A stretch of DNA of 56,688 nt, counting the filler, from Dugesia japonica (lineage: Eukaryota): NCBI GenBank assembly GCA_001938525.1. It is 5 parts of 5 records of this genome, joined end to end, with 100 filler letters (N's around TTAATTAATTAA, not from the genome) between each part and the next. Parts side by side here need not be neighbours in the genome. Positions count along the whole stretch, not along the records: positions 45,332 to 56,688 come from MQRL01595468.1; 4 more parts are not named here. One strand, given 5' to 3'. Both the position numbers and the translations under genes were made by a program. The notes beneath the pieces are model-generated. The model worked only from the letters and a program-made list of their open reading frames with translations, did no database searches and was not told the DNA's origin. Positions 50,897-56,688 of this stretch are shown here, piece after piece (the stretch's first letter is position 1; every line of letters starts with the position of its first letter).

Positions 50897-51372
50897 TCTG
50901 GAGCACAGCAATTGATTGGTTTACTAAGTTTCAAGAATTACAACAAGACCATTTGAAATTGGAGACAAAATTTTAGTAAAAGTTTTTACTACTAATAAAG
51001 ATATATAAATTACGATTACAAATGTTTAATAAAAATAAATAACGCCATTTAAAATAAAACTTTATTGTTATATATTTCGATGGATCAACCGTCATTATTA
51101 GACAAAAATGAAAAACTGAGTTTATTCAGTCTATATTCTTTTGACAAAGATTCATGCAATTATACTGAATATAAGACGGCTAAAATTCTTAATTTTTTTT
51201 AAATAATTTTTCAATAAAATAATTTTTTTCTATAATATTATTTTATTAATATTACTGTTTTACACCTATAAAATCAAAAACATTTTTTTTAAAATATAGA
51301 AAATTTTTTATTTTAAATTATATCTTAATTAATTTATATCTAAAAAATTCAAAAAATTTTAATCAATTTAGT

Positions 51373-52385
51373 CTAAAGAGCTGTTTGTACATTTAGGCTT
51401 GAATTATGAAATCTAATCATTAATGCTTCATACAACACTCTCCAAGTAATTTTTAAATTGCTTAGACAAAATTTTAAAATTTGAAATTTCAACATTTGCA
51501 TTACATTTACTTTTATTTTTATTTTTATACTCGGCAATATTACTACCGCCACCAAAACGATTATGCTCTTGAACCCTTGTATAGAGATGTTGGGTAATCT
51601 CTCCAATATATGTGGCATCACATCCATTACATTTAAATTGATGAACAAGGTTAGTAGACAAACCAATTGGTGTATTATTAATTTATTAATAATCTTATGT
51701 AAAATAGAAACAATTTTCAATAAAGGAAGATTCATTAGCAACTTTCAGATTCGAATTCTTAAACTTTTTGAAACCTTTAAAACAAGGAATCCATAAAACA
51801 AATGGCACAATACAGTTTAATAAAGTGTTATCAGGTTCAGGATTATTCAACACAGTTTTCAGTCTTTTTATAGAAATCAATATTATAACCAACCAATATT
51901 TTGTCAATAATCTGAGAAGTCAATGAATTTAAAAATTGTTTATTTTATTTGTTTGCAGTAAATTTAATAAATGTTCAATACTTTTAATGGATTTAGAATA
52001 AGTTGAGGACAACGACTGAGAACGAAATACTAAACCTTTTTATAAGCAGAATCACAAAAACTATTTGGGGTAATATACAAACTAGTATCACTTTGATTTC
52101 CTTTCAATTAAAATATCCAAAAAAGGCAAAATACCATTTCTTTCCTTCTCTACAGTAAATTTAATATTAGGATGTAATGAATTCATAAATTCTGGAAAAG
52201 CAAAACATGTTCACAATTTCCAAAAATAAGAAAAACATCATTAACATATCTTTTGTAAGTAAAAGGCTTATTCAAAGAATAAAAGTTCATTCGTTTTTCA
52301 AGCTTATTCAAGAAAGTTGACGCTTATGTCGGAGCTAAAGGAGAACCCATAGCTACTCCATCAATCTGTTATACCATTCATTGTT
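51373..52385 (-). mobile_element. Penelope-like retroelement relic (RT plus GIY-YIG endonuclease)
   Basis: QIDGVAMGSPLAP, YKRYVND, MNSLHPNIKFTVEKE....PFLDI. GIY-YIG: LVHQFKCNGCDATYIGE..QHLYTRVQEH...EALMI....SLN. Confidence 0.92.
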
Positions 52386-53744
52386 GATGTTTGTTTGCTA
52401 ATTTAGGCATGTTGATTGCTCAAATCATAATTACATATAAATTTATTCCTCCTTTTCTAGATTATCATTAATAAATATTATGATGTTAAACAGTCTTCTA
52501 ACAAGTCGCATATCATCTTTTTACTTTTTATTAATGTTAAAAGGTTTGGGATAGAACGCATAGCCTTATTTTCTATAAGAATAATCAGAAACTATCATAT
52601 AACTTAATTACTTAATGTTCTTTGTCTAAATTATTATTTCGTTGAAATTTAGCATAAAATAATTTCTTGATAAACTACGTTTGTAAACAAAATGCTAAGT
52701 AATAAATTTTAAAATTTTTAAGTGAAAATTTTAGAAATCGATTTAAATAATTTTTCCAATTTAATTTTTAACAAGAGTTTATTTTTTTAAAAAAAAGTTA
52801 AATAAAATAATGAAATATTTTTTTAAAAAGAATGGTTGTTTCACATATGATAAGTTTTAAATAACTGCATAAAATAATTTAAAAATATTATTTTTTTGTA
52901 ATTTCAAAATATATTTGTATTTTATTTTAAAAATTATATATGTTGATATAACAGATAATTATTTTAAATAAGATTATTAAAAATATATTAAAAAAACATG
53001 ATCAAAAGTCATTATATTTTTGAAAAAATAATAGACAAGAGAAAAATTATAGAGAAATAAAAAAAATACATAGAGAACATTTTGTGTGAAATGTGACGAA
53101 GTATTACGTGTTAAGTGTTTTCATAAAGAGAGTTTTGTACAAAATAGATTTGTGGCATAAACACTTTAACAAGATTTCGGTTTTGTTAAACAATACTAAA
53201 CATCTAGTCAACACCACATTTTTTGAGATCCCAATAAACGTGAAAGTAGGTGGAAGGATTCACTCTGGACCTCTTGTGAAATTTATTCTACTACGTAGTT
53301 AATACACGCATAATTAGCATGACATTTGACATATTACGCAATCACTTTCAAGAAATTTATCATTACAATACATAATTACCATGTTAAATAATGAATATTA
53401 TCATTATCATTATTAATTTTATGATTATTTACATTTTTAACAACTATAAAATGTATACTACTTATTAAATATTTTAAAACCACAAATGAATATTTTTTTT
53501 TATTATTATTAATCATATAAATAAATCTAAAATGACATTATACTTTTATATAAAAAAACAACAATAAAAATTTCTTTCCTTATTATTAACATACATACTC
53601 TAACAAGAAAANAACAAATATATAACAAAATTTATTTCATAATTTACACTGAAATCATCGTATTGATTTTCGTCTTCTTATTCTTCTTCTTTGACAAGCT
53701 GAGGTCATTAAAACATTAATTAAATAATAATTAATACTTATTAT

Positions 53745-56688
53745 TTAATTATTAATTTTATAATGACCATATGTCCTACTAGAATTTATTTCGCTCCAAA
53801 AGCGTTTATCATACAGGCAAGACAATACACGTTTCATACTCTCTACTGTATAAACCTGATCATTTATTGATTGAAAGCTAGTCTGCATAACTATGTTTGG
53901 TTCTTCATTTACATTTCTATCTTTGTTGTATGCATTTAAATAATTTTAATGATTGATATTTGTTGGTTTTAAACTGATCCCTTTTGCCTTCATTGTCATA
54001 CTAGCATCTGCTTTCTTTAAACTATAACATTTAGGTCTTAGGAATATCCATTCCGTATAATCTTCACCTTCACCTTCATCTTTAAACAACCCAATTCTGT
54101 TGGCTACATTATTAGAATAGAGTGGTTGATCTTTTGGGTAATTACTTGTATCTAGCAGACCATCTGATTTCATCTGAGATAAGAGTTGATTTTTATTTAC
54201 TCTGGTACATGATAAGAAAAAACTATTCGTATTTCCAGCAATAATATCAATTTTACAAAGAAATTGTTGACGATATTTTTCCAACTCTTCATAATGGAGC
54301 CTATACATTCGTAATTTACTCAAATCTAGAACTACTTGGCCAATATAACTCGGTTTATCTAGACATATGGTATCTTTTTCTAGCAATACTGCCTTGAGTC
54401 CTTCTGCAATATCCATTGTTTTCTTAAATGTCACTTTGCTAGTGTAAGTTACAAATTTCTACTCATTATTACATAACCGGAGATCTATGCAATTCTTCAA
54501 ATTCTCCACTGTCTTACTATATAGCGCATTATTTAATAATTTGTAAAAGTCTTTTTCAAATTTAGACTTTGATTCCGCTCTTCTCGTAGAATTTGCATTA
54601 ATATAATTGGCAAATATTTTTGTTTGATTGAATTGAATTATTCTATGCACTGCCGTCACACGAGACCAAACTTTATATATAATTCTAAAAATTGCCAATA
54701 TATGATATAATGTTGTTTTGGTTCATGTGTCATCAGTAACTTCTTGATTTTTGATCTAAGTGGATATTTGTGTTCTGGAGCCAAAGGTAATTAATCTAAC
54801 CTATCATGATGTTCGATAGGTATTTCAAGATCAATTTCAATCAGGTACCCAATCTCATTATTGTTATTGGCGAACATTTTCTGGTAAGTTTCTTCTATCT
54901 GATCTTCTGATATAAATTCAAAATCTCTATATGGTAAAGGTCGTGTTAATGCCAAACCATATAGGTTATTAATGTCAATGTGAGGTACTTTCATCTGCCT
55001 GAACATAATGCTTGTTTACAAAAGTCATTCCGCCCACGAATTCCTAACTCAAATAGTCGATGCGTTTCAGCATCTATAAATATTTCTATTGATCTATCCA
55101 TCGACTTGAGAGCACTTGACCAACTCAATCCTGGCAATGAAACAAATCGTAACAGCTCCAATTCATGCTCTTCAAGTGCTTTTATACAAAAGGTTTGAAA
55201 GACATCAATCAACAAATATATATCTAGCATGTACATCATATATTCCAACAAGATTTTGCTTCTCGATTCTATCAATGCCGATTCACATTCTCTACTTGTT
55301 AATTCCGACCATTGTTCTGGTAATTCGGTTTGATTTATGAGCATCTCATAGTAAGTGGAAAATTTGTATGGAAATATACCCTTATTTTGTTGTCCATATG
55401 GAAATTCAGTAGATATTATTGGCCAGCTTTCAAGGGTTTTCGTCAATGTTGATAAACTGGAACTGAGAANTTGAAATAAATCGATAAATCTTATTGTAAC
55501 ATGATTTCCAACATGTGCAAACATAGCCAAAACCTTTTCTGTTGTTTGTGAGATTGGATAGAGATTCCAATGTGGAAATTGGTTGAGTGCATATTTTATG
55601 ATATGACGTGCATTATAACCTTTAAAGTTATGAAAAACAACAGGCAACTCCATTCTAATCTTGCGTGATAAGTTGCATTGATTGCATGCAGCTCCGAGAT
55701 ATTTTCTAGTCTAGTGATCATGATCACGAACCAACTTGTTTTTATTGTTGCCACACATGTAGCAATATGTACTTTTCGTAAATTTCTCTTGTTCTATTGC
55801 TGTCAAGTTCATTTCCGCAAACATATGTTTCTTATGCCAAGGAGTTACTACATTCTTCGAAAACTTATCAATACACTGTAAAAACTCAACTATACAGTTG
55901 GTACCAGAAAACGAATAGTACCTGCATTTTATTGCTATATCCAATAATGGTATCAATAAAAGCTCCACAGCTATTGGCACATGTTTTACTAGATTACTAG
56001 TTTCTTCTGGTACAAGAACAGCTTCAATATCTGCATATATTAAGAAAGCTGGTGTTATTGTTGTTTTGTAATCTTTGAATTTCAATTCGTTTTCTTCAGG
56101 CATTTATATAAGGTCGTTTTCTCAGTATTTGATTTGCATAAAGCTACATGGCTATCAAACGTAGATTGAGTCTTGAAACCATGAAATCATTTTCTTTGTA
56201 TTCGAAAATTTATTGTGCGATCATATAAATTCAACAATCGATCCAAATTTACCACTGAAGTATAATGAAATTCTTGATAATTTTCCAACATCAATAAAAT
56301 TACAGGTCGTTCATTTGGATTTTTTGTTCTGAAAATGATATCCACAAATGGATTTTTGTATAAAATTGCATTTTCTTCTTTATCAATAACTTGGTTATAT
56401 TTAAACACTGTGATCGATAAATTATTTTGATGTTTGAATTCTGGAATGTTGATGAGCTTCATTGGCTTCTTCTGCTCATCATATACTAGTTCATTTAAAA
56501 AACTGTTATATTTTTGAGGCCGATCCCGATGATCTTTAACGATATCATATTTGAGCAATGCAAGTATGCTATATATAAAGCATTTGTTGTCCATATTATG
56601 AACATTAACTATAGTCTTTGATCGATTTAATGCTGTAGAACTCTGAATGTATGATCGACCAGATAGATAAATTACTGGGACATATTTC
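53745..56688 (-). pseudogene. Polinton/Maverick-type protein-primed DNA polymerase B (decayed; N-terminus runs off the window)
   Basis: Collinear motifs: SYI....IVNVHNMDNKCFIYSIL..FHY (vOTU-like), HGF.....FDSHVALC, IYADIE (ExoI), CYMC..VRDHDH*TRKYLGAACNQCNL (EndoVII/HNH), PVVFHNFKGY (ExoII), KGIFPY, DINNLYG, KLLNNALYSK, AGNTNS, LRPKCYS, KAKGI, DKRFW..YGHY*. Confidence 0.93.

Overview
Very AT-rich eukaryotic (animal-like) genomic DNA with short GT-AG introns of 42-48 nt. It is not one locus: four identical 100-nt spacers (N44-TTAATTAATTAA-N44) join five probably unrelated contigs (1-15166, 15267-24447, 24547-33232, 33333-45232, 45332-56688). Host gene pieces are six exons of an axonemal dynein heavy chain (DNAH14-like, minus strand), one ZDHHC3/7-like palmitoyltransferase exon, the last two exons of a BAK-like BCL-2-family gene with non-canonical BH1/BH2 motifs, and a probable Ig-like exon. 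The rest is mostly decayed mobile DNA: Ty3/gypsy, mariner, IS630/Tc1-like, pogo/Tigger, hAT (with MITEs that keep 8-bp TSDs), Helitron, an RLE non-LTR element and a Penelope-like element. The most notable pattern is a possible Polinton/Maverick system. It comprises a near-complete decayed protein-primed DNA polymerase B (vOTU-like, zinc finger, exonuclease with an EndoVII/HNH insert, polymerase), a second decayed pPolB copy missed by the ORF track, and several tiny non-coding TIR elements with Polinton-type 5'-AG(TAG)...CT-3' ends. One of these has a perfect 6-bp TSD, and they look like non-autonomous 'mini-Polintons'. All protein assignments come from manual translation and motif recognition; no database searches were run, and relic boundaries are approximate.
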